DNA of 63,633 bases from Octopus sinensis (Eukaryota). Positions 1 to 13,548 of this stretch are shown here, in pieces. Location of the stretch: the NCBI RefSeq assembly GCF_006345805.1, contig NW_021834600.1, positions 1 through 63,633 of the forward strand, read 5' to 3'. A model generated the notes under the pieces. That model did no database searches and was not told where the DNA came from. It was given only the letters and a program-made list of their open reading frames with translations. The first letter of the stretch is position 1; each line of letters begins with the position of its first letter. The translations under genes and the position numbers were made by a program.

Positions 1-710
1 CAATTCAACAAACAGACATACGAAAGCGTAAATTTTAGTATGTGCGCATATATTCTGTGCTTATGCAAACATTTGTGTTTGCATATGTGAAAGAAGACCG
101 TTGCTGCGTGCTTCAAACTGTGATACTTCTGACGCAGTATACATAGGTGTATGTATTTGTTTTATGCAAACCGGTTGCTGTCATTAAAGATATTCTAAAA
201 ACCAGTTTCTGTATCCAGTAATCACCAGATTACGTAAAAATGTATATTTGTGGACGTGTTTATGCATTCGCTTTCTCATTGTCTGTGTGTGTCTAAGCGT
301 CGGTTTTTTTAGTGGCGTAATCGGTACATTTATTAGTCCGAATGCTTCTCAGTTGTGAGATTGTTGTGAGATCATGCGCAGTGCAGCAATGAAGAGGTCG
401 GGATGCTACAGAAGAACGGAACTAAATACATCTGAAGTAAACTTGTACCTGTAAGACTGCTCTAAGTCATTGGCTGTACTTCCTAGAAACAGCAACAAGA
501 TCTCCCTCTCATTATACGGTACAGCCTTAAGAAATACGAACAATGAACTAGAAACTGCAGATCTTGATTATAACTCTTGCTAAATTGCACGGATGAATGT
601 GTTTCCATTGGAGCGAGGCAGTTTCAAGGCCGGAGCATATTGCGTCGTACATTCAGGAAATGTATTCGATCATACGAAATTTTAGAAACAGACTGATCGG
701 ACGTCTCTCA

Positions 711-809
<99 letters not shown>
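711..809. repeat. (TCTA)n microsatellite
   Basis: Uninterrupted TCTA array read directly. Confidence 0.98.
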
Positions 810-870
810 GTCTATATACGTACACCCACAACACAATGCACGAACACACACACATGTATATACAGTATAA

Positions 871-984
871 GGGTCGATAAATTAAGTACCAGTTACGCAC
901 TGGGGTCAATGTAATCGACTTAATCCCTTTGTGGGCTTGTGTGTCTCCTCTGTGTTTAGCCCCTTGTAGCCAATAAAGAAAAAA
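871..984 (+). mobile_element. 3' part of abundant tRNA-derived SINE (family M)
   Basis: GGGTCGATAAATTAAGTACCAGTTACGCACTGGGGTC...TAGCCCCTTGT matches fuller copies at 17334, 40545 and 61044. Confidence 0.85.
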
Positions 985-1003
985 CACATGTATATACATA
1001 CAT

Positions 1004-1075
<72 letters not shown>

Positions 1076-1442
1076 TATATAAGTATGATGTGTTGTGTGT
1101 GGGGGGGGAAACTGAAGTGTGAATCAAGTGCCACCTAGTGATTATAATTTAAAAAGCCCATAACTCCAAGAGTACTTCAACCAGAAAGCTGAAATTTTAG
1201 CTATAATATTTCTACATTGCATTTAATCAGCACACCAAGTTTGGTAAAAACTTGAGCAGGCGTTATGAACCCCAACCTAGAATTTTGCACGATTTAGGTC
1301 AAAAGTGGTGATCGATTTCTTAAGTTGGGGGCGAGGATTTTTTTTTAAATAATAAAAAATAAATGTTAGTTTCTTGACTTTTATGAAATTATTCATCGAA
1401 TTACAGTACCGGGTTTAGTAGAGTGTGAAAGTCATAGCCCTA

Positions 1443-1925
1443 CCATACATACATGCATACATACATACATACATACATACATACATACATACATACATAC
1501 ATACATACACACACATACATACATACATACATACATGCATGCATACATATATGCATACATGCATACATACATACATACATACATACATACATACATACAT
1601 GCATACATGCATATATGGATGCATACATACATATATACATGCATACATGCATACATGCATACATATATACATACATACATACATGCATATATACATACAT
1701 ACATACATACATGCATACATGCATACATACATGCATACATACATGCATACATACATACAAGCACACACATGCATACATTAATGCACACATACATGCATAC
1801 ACCCGTATACTCACACATATACGTACATGCATGCATACATACTTTCATACATACATACTTATACACATACGAATACATACATACCTGCACGCGCACCTAC
1901 ATACTTACATACATACATACCTACA
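1443..1925. repeat. (CATA)n/(CATG) degenerate tetranucleotide array
   Basis: Direct reading; source of the MYVC/HTYI pseudo-ORFs. Confidence 0.97.
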
Positions 1926-2236
1926 CACGCACGCACACACAAACGCACACATATATTTATATAAATGTATATGCACCCGTAGACTGTGGCATAAAGAGAA
2001 GAGGGGCGGGGATGGGGGTAAATGTTTATTTTTTTATATAAAACATATGCAAGTGAATATCGTCTTTCAGATATAATAGATACATGCATTATACACGCAC
2101 GCACACGCACACAAAAACGCACGCGCGCAGGCACACACACACATATATACACACACACAGGCACACATATGTTTTAGTATACTTCACACGCCGAGGGCAT
2201 TAATTTTTATCCCTATATATATGTTTATACATATAC

Positions 2237-2283
<47 letters not shown>

Positions 2284-2336
2284 AATCAATCTATCTATCT
2301 ATCTATCTATCTATCTACACACACACACACACACAC

Positions 2337-2419
<83 letters not shown>

Positions 2420-2496
2420 GTAACAAGAAAAGAATGAGACCTCAATATTAGAGAACTAGAGAGTTACATGTGTGATAATTTAAAACAAACAGTCCT

Positions 2497-2545
<49 letters not shown>

Positions 2546-2876
2546 TATATAATATATATATATGTATGTTTTGTGGTGGTGTATGTATGTATGTATGTAT
2601 GTATGTATGTATGTATGTATGTATGTATGTATAAATGTATGTCTTATAGTGCCTTGTATTAAATGTAGTTGAGTTTGATTAGATATCATAACGAGATATA
2701 TCTCCATAAAAGTTTAATACGTGAAAAACAATTTAAAGGATTCCTTGTAATAAGCCGATAGTGACTTCGCAGTTTCGCCAGCATATGCAATACTCTGGTA
2801 AAGTGAATTATATGTATAAATGGTTTTCGAATTATCAGTAATAGACTAGAAATAATAGAAGGAACGGGAATAAGTT

Positions 2877-2928
<52 letters not shown>

Positions 2929-2944
2929 TGTGTGTGTGTGCGCG

Positions 2945-3130
2945 TGCATCAGCGTTTGTCCCCCACCACCGTTTGACAATCATTCTTGCTGCGTTTACGT
3001 CGACGTAACTTAGTGGTTCGACAAGAGAGACCAATTGATAAAGTACCAGGCTGAAACAAACACTGCGTATTGGGGGACTTTTGTTCCTCAGGGTGGTGCC
3101 CCAGCATGGCCGAAGTCTAATGACTGAAAA
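2945..3130 (+). mobile_element. 3' half of CORE-like tRNA SINE (family O)
   Basis: GTTTACGTCGACGTAACTTAGTGGTTCGACAAGAGAGACC...CCAGCATGGCCGAAGTCTAATGACTGAAA aligns with the full copy at 23108-23502. Confidence 0.8.
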
Positions 3131-4322
3131 AATTAAGATATATATAAATGTACACGCACGCACACACACACACACACACATACATACATGCATACCTGCA
3201 TGAATGCATGCTTACATACATATATACATACATATACTGGACTTTCAAAATGACGCCGTAATAACGGAAACATACGAAAAAGCATTATTACAAAGTTCTC
3301 TTTAAAAAAATTCTGGCAAAATTTATATATTTTTTTCATTTTGTGATGAAATATTTTTAGTTGTATAAACGAAAAGAAAATTTTAGAAACGTGTATTTTA
3401 AGACATTCGTAGATTTTAATAAGTCTCACAAAAAAAACATTTTTCGTTTTAAAAATAATTCGATATTTTGTACAATAACAACGTTTCGTTTTCTTTGCAA
3501 TTAAATTATCAATCGAACTTATGGAAGTACTATGAATTAATGTGACTACCGAGAGCGATGCTCATTCTATCACATACAGATTGATGTAAAATATCTCCAC
3601 CTAATTTATGTTACAAAAGATATAATTAATTAGGCCAGAGGTGACAAGTATTTGAAAAACGAATTTGCCTGTATAGAAATACAAAATATATTTCTGAATC
3701 AAGCAAATGAATTAAAGAGAAAGAAATATGACAGAATTAACGTAGTTAATCAATTTAATGATGTTAATCGATCATTTTAGTTTTATATCTTCAGCAAGAA
3801 TCTTATAGTTTTCATAATCCACGCGGTTGTTTTTGCTTCCATAACTGATAAAAACTACTAACGATTCGTTTTCATATATCTTCTTTCATTAAATTAATCT
3901 GTGACTTTTAATCACCCAAGGAAGGATCCTTGCTCCTACAGTTGATTTAAATGTTGTAACTGTGGCTTTTTCTTAGTTAAGATTAAGAATAAAACATAAC
4001 GATATTGTTTTTTTTATTATTATTTTTAAGAATGCTTCTCTGTGGTCGGATGGGAGTGTTGCATACATAAGACGTGCTCTGGAATCCGAGGTGAATTATC
4101 TAATAAAAAACTGTGATGGTCACGGCTGGAATGGTATTTTGATATTCACACCTCTGTCACAACAATACTGATCTTGGATTAAACGATAACATGGACACTG
4201 CAACAGTAAGTGCTACAACAATGAGAAGAAAAACAAAACAACAGAGATTTATAACCCCAACAGCAGCATCAACATCAGCAACCACAACAGCAAGAACAAC
4301 AACAACATCAGCAACTACAGCA

Positions 4323-4655
4323 GGAGGCGCAATGGCCCAATGGTTAGGGCAGCGGACTCGCTGTTTCGATTCCCAGACCGGGCGTTGTGTGTGTTTATTG
4401 AGCGAAAACACCTAAAGCTCCACGAGGCTCCGGCAGGGGTGGTGTGACCCCTGTTGTACTCTTTCGCCCCAACTTTCTCTCACACTTTCTTCCTGTTTCT
4501 TTTCCCCGACTTCCTACGCAACCGCTGAGCCTGGATGCGCATTCATCTATCCGTCGATGCTCTCGGTGTCGGGGGTTGACCTGCTTTCTCTTCTGCGGGT
4601 CTTACGAATAGTAAAGGACCACGTTTCGGACTTCTCCCACTTCTCGCTCAACAAG
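4323..4655 (+). mobile_element. tRNA-derived SINE (family C), copy 1
   Basis: A-box-like TGGCCCAATGG and B-box-like GTTTCGATTCCC; body near-identical to 5527-5893; embedded in a CAA/CAG tract. Confidence 0.85.
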
Positions 4656-4904
4656 CAACAGCAGCAACAAGAGATCTTTTCGGTTGGTGTCACATATTTC
4701 GTATTTTTTCAATTTTCATCCAATCCTTTCTCAATTTAGTTATACCGATTTAGTTTTATATGCTAAGTATGAAAATGAAAATCATTTTTACCATAAATTA
4801 ACAAACAAAATGTTAATACCTTCTAAAATTTGGAAATTTTGTGTAATTTTAGCCAATCGAAAGCCACAATTATATATATGGCTGTAAATCCCACATTATT
4901 ATCT

Positions 4905-4918
4905 GTTTCCATAGTAAC
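4905..4918. promoter_or_regulatory. RFX X-box-like site inside a 59-bp dispersed repeat
   Basis: GTTTCCATAGTAAC fits GTHNYY-AT-RRNAAC; second copy at 61310-61323. Function not shown. Confidence 0.3.
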
Positions 4919-4967
4919 AAGCAAAGCCTGATTTCATTGTAACAATTACGCTGTACGTAGTAAGACT

Positions 4968-5230
4968 ATGAGGAGGCGCGTGGCTTAGTGGTTAGGGTGT
5001 CAGCATCATGATCGTAAGATTGTGGTTTCCATTCCTGGACCGGGCTGCGCATTGTGTTCTTGAGCAAAACACTTCATTTCACGTTGCTCCACTCCACTCA
5101 GCTGGCAAAAATGAGTAACGCTGCGATGGACTGGCATCCCGTCCAGCGAGGGAACACATACGCCATAGAAACTGGAAAACCGGGCCCATGAGCCTGGCTA
5201 GGCTTTAAAAGAGCGCATTTATTTTATTTA
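4968..5230 (+). mobile_element. tRNA-derived SINE (family T) with TSD
   Basis: Head GGCGCGTGGCTTAGTGG, (TTTA)n tail, flanked by direct repeat TAGTAAGACT (4958-4967, 5231-5240); sister copy at 28292. Confidence 0.92.
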
Positions 5231-5526
5231 TAGTAAGACTGTGACACTTTCACCCCCCCCCCAGTTTTGACGAGCGATATCGATTTCTGTCTCAGTCTAT
5301 AGACTGCTATCACGCAGAAAATCCACGGCGTTCGATTGCTGTTTTCGGATTGGATTAAAATTTATCAAATGTTGAACCTCTGTAGCCCTTTTCTAATTTT
5401 TTTCCCCTTGGGAATAAATAAATCCTAAATCCGAAATGATCTGCAACAGCAGTGACAACAGCAGCAACAACATGATAAGCAGTAGCAACAACAGCAATAA
5501 CGGCAGCAGCAGCAACAGCAGAAGTA

Positions 5527-5893
5527 CAATGGCCCAGTGGTTAGGGCAGCGGACTCGCGGTCGGAGGATCGCGGTTTCGATTCCCAGACCGGGCGTTGTG
5601 TGTGTTTATTGAGCAAAAAACACCTAAAGCTCCACAAGGCTCCGGCAGGGGGTGGTGGCGACCCCCTGTTGTACTCTTTCGCCCCAACTTTCTCTCACTC
5701 TTTCTTCCTGTTTCTTGCTCCCGACTTCCTACGCAACCGCTGAGTCTGGATGCGCATTCATGCATCCGGCGATATTCTCTGTGTCGGAAGTTGACCTGCT
5801 TTCTCTTCTGCGGGTCTTACGAATAGCAAAGAACCACGTTTCGGACTTCTCCCATCTTGCGAGCTCTGGGACGAAGACCGTTCGCTCAACAGC
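5527..5893 (+). mobile_element. tRNA-derived SINE (family C), copy 2
   Basis: TGGCCCAGTGGTTAGGGCAGCGGACTCGCGG...GGTTTCGATTCCC head; body shared with 4323. Confidence 0.88.
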
Positions 5894-5983
5894 AATAGCA
5901 AAAGCAGCAACAGCAATAGCAACAACAGCTATAATTGCAGGAACAATATCAAAAACGACAGCAACAGCAACAACAACGCCAGT

Positions 5984-6439
5984 GGGGACGCAATGGCCCA
6001 GCGGTTAGTAAAAACGCGGTTTCGATTCCAGACCGGACATTCTGAGTGTTTATTGAGCAAAACCACCTTAGCTCCACGATGCTCCGGCGGGAAGGGGTGG
6101 TGAAACCCGCTGTACTCTTTCACCACAACTTTCTCTCGCCCTTTTTTCCTACTTCTGCCACAAAGCAGAGGAACCATGGTGTAACCCACTATGTAACCAT
6201 TGTCTAGATTGCGAATCCTCTGTACCCCAGGATGGTTCAGCTCTCCACCCTTTAAAAGGCACCGTTTACGGAATGAGGATACCAACGTAGATTTCACGCG
6301 AATGCAACCGCCAGTCTATCGCGTGTGGTGGGTGGATCTTCAAGTTTCCACACGCATTCTTAGTAGCTTAGAGTAGGCTCGAATTAGAGATTATTCTTTT
6401 TGGCTAATGGCGTGAGACCTGATTGGAAGAAGAAGAAGA
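5984..6439 (+). mobile_element. tRNA-derived SINE (family C), diverged copy 3 with (GAA)n end
   Basis: Same head and central block for about 150 bp; ends CTGATTGGAAGAAGAAGAAG. Continuity of the 3' part is assumed. Confidence 0.65.
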
Positions 6440-9029
6440 CAACAACGTCAATAGCACCACCACCACCACCAGCAACAACAATAACAACAACAACAACAAC
6501 ACAAACAACAGAAATAACACCAAGAACAACTGCAAAAACATCAGCTACAACATAGAGACAACACCAACACTACCACCACCATCAGCAACGTCCACAATAA
6601 TAGCATCAGTAATCTCCATTAAATTAACTGTTCACTATTAATTATATAAATCATTGTTGTAGTTAACCTCATATTTTGGCTTTCATTTATTACGATATTG
6701 CCGCCATTTGCAATTTAGTATGATTTAGTGAGAGACAGCATTAATCGTTGTCTTTTAGTTCGTGGTGGTTTTAACTGCTTTAAGTTGATGCAGTTCCTAC
6801 AGGATTTCTCCAACCACCTGCGAATATGAAGAAGCAAACCAGATTATTGAGTACTGCCTTGTCTGCTCTCTGCTACACAATCTCTGTTGGTTCATAGAAC
6901 TTGCAGACTTCAATGAAAATGTAAAGTGCGGTGCAGAGTGGTGAGAAGCGGTTGTGTGAACAAAATATTTGCTTCAAAGAAGCGAAAACATGTGCAAAGC
7001 AACAGAATGTATAATTCTTCGCTACATGTTTTTGCTTTACTTGTTCATGAGGTCTCGAGCAGACACAGGTATCCTCTTGTTCAGGGGAATGATTCAGGGG
7101 AATGTCCAAGTTGTTACAACGCCAGGCGGGATATAATACTGTACCTCGCATTTAATGGGTATTTTATTTTATTGATACTATAGCAGTGATTCGAGACCGA
7201 ACCGTTAGGTAACCTGTCATACATCACAGCTGAACCACAATAATTCATGTGATCGGTCTATTAAGCAGCCAATCAACATCAAGCCATCGTGTGATTCAAA
7301 TCTTCTTAAATCTTATTGCGCATTATAATCATCATCATTGTTCGACCGTGGTCGAGACAATGGAATTTACCATGCTACATCAGACCTCACGGTCCATCAT
7401 TAGGTCTGGTTCCCTGGGGAAGAGGAACCCTGGTGCAGTTAATTGCAAATTCCATAGTATTTTCAAATGGCTAATAATGTGTGCGCGCGCCACTACTACA
7501 CACATTGGAAAGCATTGTACAACCAAGTACTAAAGAAGATCTTTCCTCCTCCATGAAACAAAGCTGTTTCCGCTGGACGTCAACCCAGTATTTCTAAGCT
7601 ACGGACCGAGTGATTTATTGTAAGGTTATCTCCCTAGATAGATTGCCTTCACTACGGCTAAGAGCCCTTTCTACCCTTTCAATAAGGCCACCTTTCGCGG
7701 TAAATGCAGAATGCTGAAGCTGTTATGCAATGTGTCTCCGTTCTTGCCACAGCCAGACGACCCAGGAAGACAGTTAAGGCAGATGGCAGATAGATGATAG
7801 GTAACTCCGTCGCCACGGATGTAGCACAATTGCTTCTAGTTATTGTTGACATTGTCAAGTACTGGGGTCCATAAGTTCGACTAAAGGCGGTGCTCCAGCA
7901 TGGCCGCAGTCAAATGACTGAAACAAATAGAAGAATAAAAGAATAAAAGAATGCATGTTCGTGGGTGTAGTCAGTTACTTCTTCACACAGCCCAAGAAAC
8001 GTTTTAATTCGTTAACTCAACCAGTCAAAACCTCAGACCAGCCAGTTAGCACACCCACAGCAATAAAGAAATTCATTTTTTAAAACATGACTAAGTTAAA
8101 CTAGGAAGAATTTGAACTCAGAACATAAAGAGCCGGAACAAATATCTGAAGGCAGTTTGTCCGCCGCTTTTACAATTCCGCCAAAAATACAAAGCAATCA
8201 TTTCGTTGTTGCACATTGTATACCATTGTGGTCATGTTGACGATCCAGCCACGACAGTCTAGTATATTATTCAAAGAGAGTGTATCTAGGATTGCATTTC
8301 TTAATGTGTCTCTCCATTCTGGAAGACTGTAGAGTGTGTATTTGTGAGAGATTTAGTTTTTATTTCTAGTAGTTCAAGTGACCACGTAGAGATCCCTTGG
8401 CTAAAATTAGATGAAGTGGTTTTGAGGTCAGACGTGAGTAAGTTATGTATAGTGGTATTGATTAAGCTTCAGGCTTTCCACCCATGACCATCCCATTTTT
8501 TCAAATGTGTAAGGGACCCAGAACCACAATATTTAACGCATCTTATACTTTAAGATGATTATGTGTCATTTCAGGTAGATTAAGCTGTTAATTCTAATAA
8601 GTCGGTCGACAATGTCAACAACGCTTAATCGTTGCTGCAATAGTCGCAGTGGCACAATTGGGTGACATTCGTACCTTTACCATTAATACAATCTGCAGAA
8701 GGCGTGTCTGTGTATGTGTGAGCATGTGCGTGTGTGTGCTGTTATTGTCATCATCGTTGTCATTGCCATCATCTTCGTTCAAATGCTGCTGTTGGAATTG
8801 ATGACGTTGATGCTGTTATTGCTGAAATCCCCGTGTTGTTGCTGTTGTTGTTGGTGTTGTTGTTCGAGCCAGCATCGATGACAGTCTGGTTGTAACACAT
8901 TCTCCGATCAACATACGGAACAGCTGTTGTAGTGGAATCGGTCGTCGTTGTCACGTCATCATTACAAATTCTCTCTCTCTCTTTTTTCTCTCACCCTCAT
9001 ACTTGCTCTATCTTTCCCCATCATCACTC

Positions 9030-9526
9030 CATCTAACTCTCTATCTGTCTAACTCTCTCTCTCGTTGTCTCTCTCTTTCTCTTTGTCTCTCTCTCTCCCT
9101 TTGTCTCTCTCTCCCTCTCTTTGTCTCTCTCTCTCATGGACTCCCTCTCTCTCTTTGTCTCTCTCTCTCTCATGGACTCCCTCTCTCTCTTTGTCTCTCT
9201 CTCTTTGACTCTCTCTTTCTTTGACTCTCTCTCTCATGGACTCCCTCTCTCTCTTTGTCTCTCTCTCTTTGTCTCTCTCTCTTTGTCTCTCTCTCTTTGT
9301 CTCTCTCTCTCTCTCTCTTTGACTCTCTCTTTCTTTGACTCGCTCTCTTTGACTCTCTCTCTCTTCGTCTCTTTCTCTCTTTGTCTCTCTCTTTCTTTGT
9401 CTCTCTTTCTTCGTCTCTCTCTCTTTCTCTTTGTCTCTCTTTCTCTTTGTCTCTCTCTCTCTTCGTCTCTCTCTCACTCTTTGTCTCTCTTACTCTTTGT
9501 CTCTCTCTCACTCTCTCTCTCTCTCA
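9030..9526. repeat. (CT)n-derived compound array with higher-order units
   Basis: CTCTCTTTGT units; CATGGACTCC-containing unit repeated three times. Confidence 0.95.
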
Positions 9527-9747
9527 CCGACGACCCCTCTTGCCTCACTGTGTGGCAATCTCCAACAGATATTCGTATTTCGTTACAAAATTTATCAGTC
9601 AAACTGTCTTTCACAGATCACAACTCTCTGATTTACATGCACGACTCAACCAAACGGCTTAGTTGGCGGATGATTAAGATGACATGCTTTAGCAGATGCT
9701 ACACGAATAAAACTTGGCCAGGTCGTTACACTCTTTGATAACATTCA

Positions 9748-9832
<85 letters not shown>

Positions 9833-10107
9833 GTCCATCTCTCTCTCTCTCTCTCTCTGCGCTTCGGCTGCCGTTCTGTTCCTCTCTCTTTCTCTGTCTC
9901 ACTCACTCACTCACTCTCTCTCTCCCTCTCTCTGTCTCTGTCCCACTCTCTCTCTCTCTGTCTCTCTCTCTCTCTATATATATATATAACATTTACACTC
10001 ACACTTATACACATATTTAATGCGTACACAAACTCACCAATTCTTAGCGTGGGTGTGCAGATAGAAAGGAGAGAGAGGAGGGGGCAGAGACGAAGCCATA
10101 CACACGT

Positions 10108-10143
<36 letters not shown>

Positions 10144-10451
10144 ACTTATATATCTCCATGCGCACGCACGCATCAATACTTAAAGAAATTCAAATGAGTG
10201 TATGTGTACGTGTGTATACACATGAATACGCAACCTTATACAGACAACACATATACACACATACATACACTCCCACATGCGTACATATACACACACATAC
10301 AGACATACACAACCACAACACAGTTGCACACAGACAGACAGACAGACATGTACGATTCTGTTTGATGTCAGTCACCGCATCTTCCATCGTTATTCACGAA
10401 ATCTAAATACTTAGCACGTAGAGCCATATGCATACAGCTGTATCTAGAAGA

Positions 10452-10542
<91 letters not shown>

Positions 10543-10969
10543 TATGTATATATGTACATATATATGCACATGTATATATACATATATATTTATATATACA
10601 TATATATATATGTATATATACATACATAAATATATATGTATATATATATATATATAATATATATATATATACACACACACATATATATACATATGTAAAT
10701 ATATATACACACATATATATACATATGTAAATATATATACACACAATATATATATACATACGCACGACATACATGCATGCGTAAGCAATGATCTATGCAT
10801 ACGTATCTTTGTTTATACGTTCATACGTGCATATGTACGAATATGTACACACACACACATACACACAATCATGAATACGCCCACATACATATATAGGTTG
10901 TGTGTGTGTGTGTGTGTGTGTACAGATATATTCATGCGCATGCATATATATGCATATGTATGCATATAG

Positions 10970-11016
<47 letters not shown>

Positions 11017-11090
11017 CACACACACACGCACATATATATATGCATATATGTGTGTGTGTATCTGATGTCCGTGTATATGTGTGATAGTGT

Positions 11091-11144
<54 letters not shown>

Positions 11145-11454
11145 TGCATGTGCTTGTGTGCAGGTATCCGTGTTTCAACATTTTCCTTATAGAATGTTGA
11201 ACGTATAAAAGTATGGAACGCCATAAAACCGAACAGCAGATGAGCTGTGTGCCGAAGACAAGATAAATATTTGAAGGATTTACAAGACAGCATCTTAATC
11301 CTGACAGATTCGGTTAATGAGAGATTAAAATTTTTAGCCTAGATTTACATTGGCAAATATATTTGCATATTTTTGCCTAAATTATTATTGTCTCTCAATT
11401 TTAGTGACTTTTGATTAGCAGAAGACACGTTAAATCTTCGTAGTACACACGTTA

Positions 11455-11470
11455 TATCTATCTGTCTTTA

Positions 11471-11547
<77 letters not shown>

Positions 11548-11693
11548 GTCTGTCTATCTGTATGTCTGTCTGTCTGTGTCTGTCTGTCTGTCTGTCTACT
11601 TGCCTGCATGTAGGTTTGAGTGTTCCTCTCTACCATCTTATCTACATGTGTCGCTCCCAGTCTCTCTCTCTCCCTCTTTCTCTCTCTCTTTTT

Positions 11694-11742
<49 letters not shown>

Positions 11743-11759
11743 ATCTATCTATCTATCTA

Positions 11760-11848
<89 letters not shown>

Positions 11849-11947
11849 GTCAATCTATCTGATCTATCTGTCCGTCTGTCCGTCTATCTATATGTCTATC
11901 TGTCTGTCTGTCTATCTGATCTATCTGTCTGTCTATCTGATTTATCC

Positions 11948-11987
<40 letters not shown>

Positions 11988-12845
11988 GTCCCTCTAATCT
12001 ATCTTGTCTATCTATCTGATCTATCTGTCTGTCTATCTGATCTATTTGTCTGTATATCTGATCTATCTTGTCTATTAATCTGATCTATCTGTCTATCTGA
12101 TCTATCTGTCTGTCTATCTGATCTATTTGTCTGTCTATCTAATCTATCTTGTCTGTCTATCTGATCTATCTGTCTGTCTATCTGATTTATCTTGTCTGTC
12201 TATCTGATCTATCTGTCTATCTGATCTATTTGTCTGTCTATCTCATCTATCTTGTCTGTCTATCTGATCTATCTGTCTGTCTATCTGATCTATTTGTATG
12301 TATATCTGATCTATCTGTCTATCTGATCTATTTGTCTGTCTATCTAATCTATCTTGACTGTCTATCTGATCTATCTGTCTGTCTATCTGATCTATCTGTC
12401 TGTCTATCTGATCTATTTGTCTGTCTATCTGATCTATCTTGTCCGTCTATCCGATCTATCTGTCTGTCTATCTGATTTATCTGTCTGTCTATCTGTTCTC
12501 TCTTGTCTGTCTATCTGATCTATCTATCTATCTGATCTATCTGTCTATCTGATCTATCTGTCTATCTGATCTATCTGTCTGTCTATCTTGTCTTTCTGTC
12601 TATCTGATCTATTTGTCTGTCTATCTAATCTATCTTGTCTGTCTATCTGATCTATCTTGTCTGTCTATCTGATCTATCTGTCTGTCTATCTGATCTATTT
12701 GTCTGTCTATCTGATCTATCTTGACTGTCTATCTGATCTATCTGTCTATCTGATCTATCTGTCTGTCTATCTGATCTATTTGTCTGTCTATCTAATCTAT
12801 CTTGTCTATCTATCTGATCTATCTGTCTGCCTATCTGATCTATCT
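11455..12845. repeat. (TCTA)/(TCTG) array grading into a ~21-bp higher-order minisatellite
   Basis: CTATCTGATCTATCTGTCTGT-type units repeated from about 11900 to 12845. Confidence 0.95.
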
Positions 12846-13186
12846 GGATGGCTGCCTTATACAGAGGCATCCGTTCGGTAATTCGCGTGAATGGGCATCT
12901 ATCGAGACATTTCGACATTGCACAATTCTATCAATGGCCAGCATATTTAATATGCTGGCCATAGACAGAATGTTTTTCGAAAAATTTTATCGTATGTTAG
13001 ATGTTAATTTAATAGTATTCACTTCCGGACTCTCTCACTTTACGAGAGTTTTTAGTTCGAATCGCACGTGTCTCGAGATGGGCTAGAGAGCTTTTATTTT
13101 GGATATATTTGGGGTACTTAGTTGTGCTCACGTCTTAGTGTTCACTTCTTCCATGGGTATAGGTAAGTATTTCACTTATTTCTTTG

Positions 13187-13259
13187 CCGTATTTATCACT
13201 GATGAAGGGAAGGTTCCTATGAACTAACTCTGAAATCGGGTCCGGTATGGTAATAACGG
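13187..13259 (+). ncRNA. Type I hammerhead ribozyme, intact core
   Basis: Stem I CCGT..TTATCA / TGGTAA..ACGG; CTGATGA 13199-13205; stem II AGGG/CTCT plus GGTTC-CTAT-GAACT; GAA 13232-13234; stem III ATCG-GGTC-CGGT; cleavage triplet GUA (A13247). Folded by hand. Confidence 0.8.
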
Positions 13260-13491
13260 GATTTTTTAGAAATTTCTGTCGGCTTTTTTCGAGACGCGTG
13301 CTTGTAGTGATAAATTACATGGTTATTGACGTTGTGTCTATTTTCGGCATATTTTGGCATTAGAAATTTTTTCTTTTGCCCTTACTTATAAATATATATA
13401 TATATATATATATATTATACACACACACACATATATATACTTATATTTGTATTATACACACACACACACACACACATGTATATATATATAT

Positions 13492-13548
<57 letters not shown>

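Noticed and set aside
4971-5045. tRNA-like sequences at SINE heads (also 4323, 5527, 23108, 28292, 50285)
   Set aside because: A and B boxes are present but there is no complete cloverleaf, and each continues into a repeated SINE body; they are not tRNA genes.
8669-8960. Possible minus-strand exon (Thr/Asn-rich ORF 8769-8954; donor AAG|GTACGA at 8675/8674)
   Set aside because: Low complexity, no acceptor or homology evidence; would need RNA-seq.
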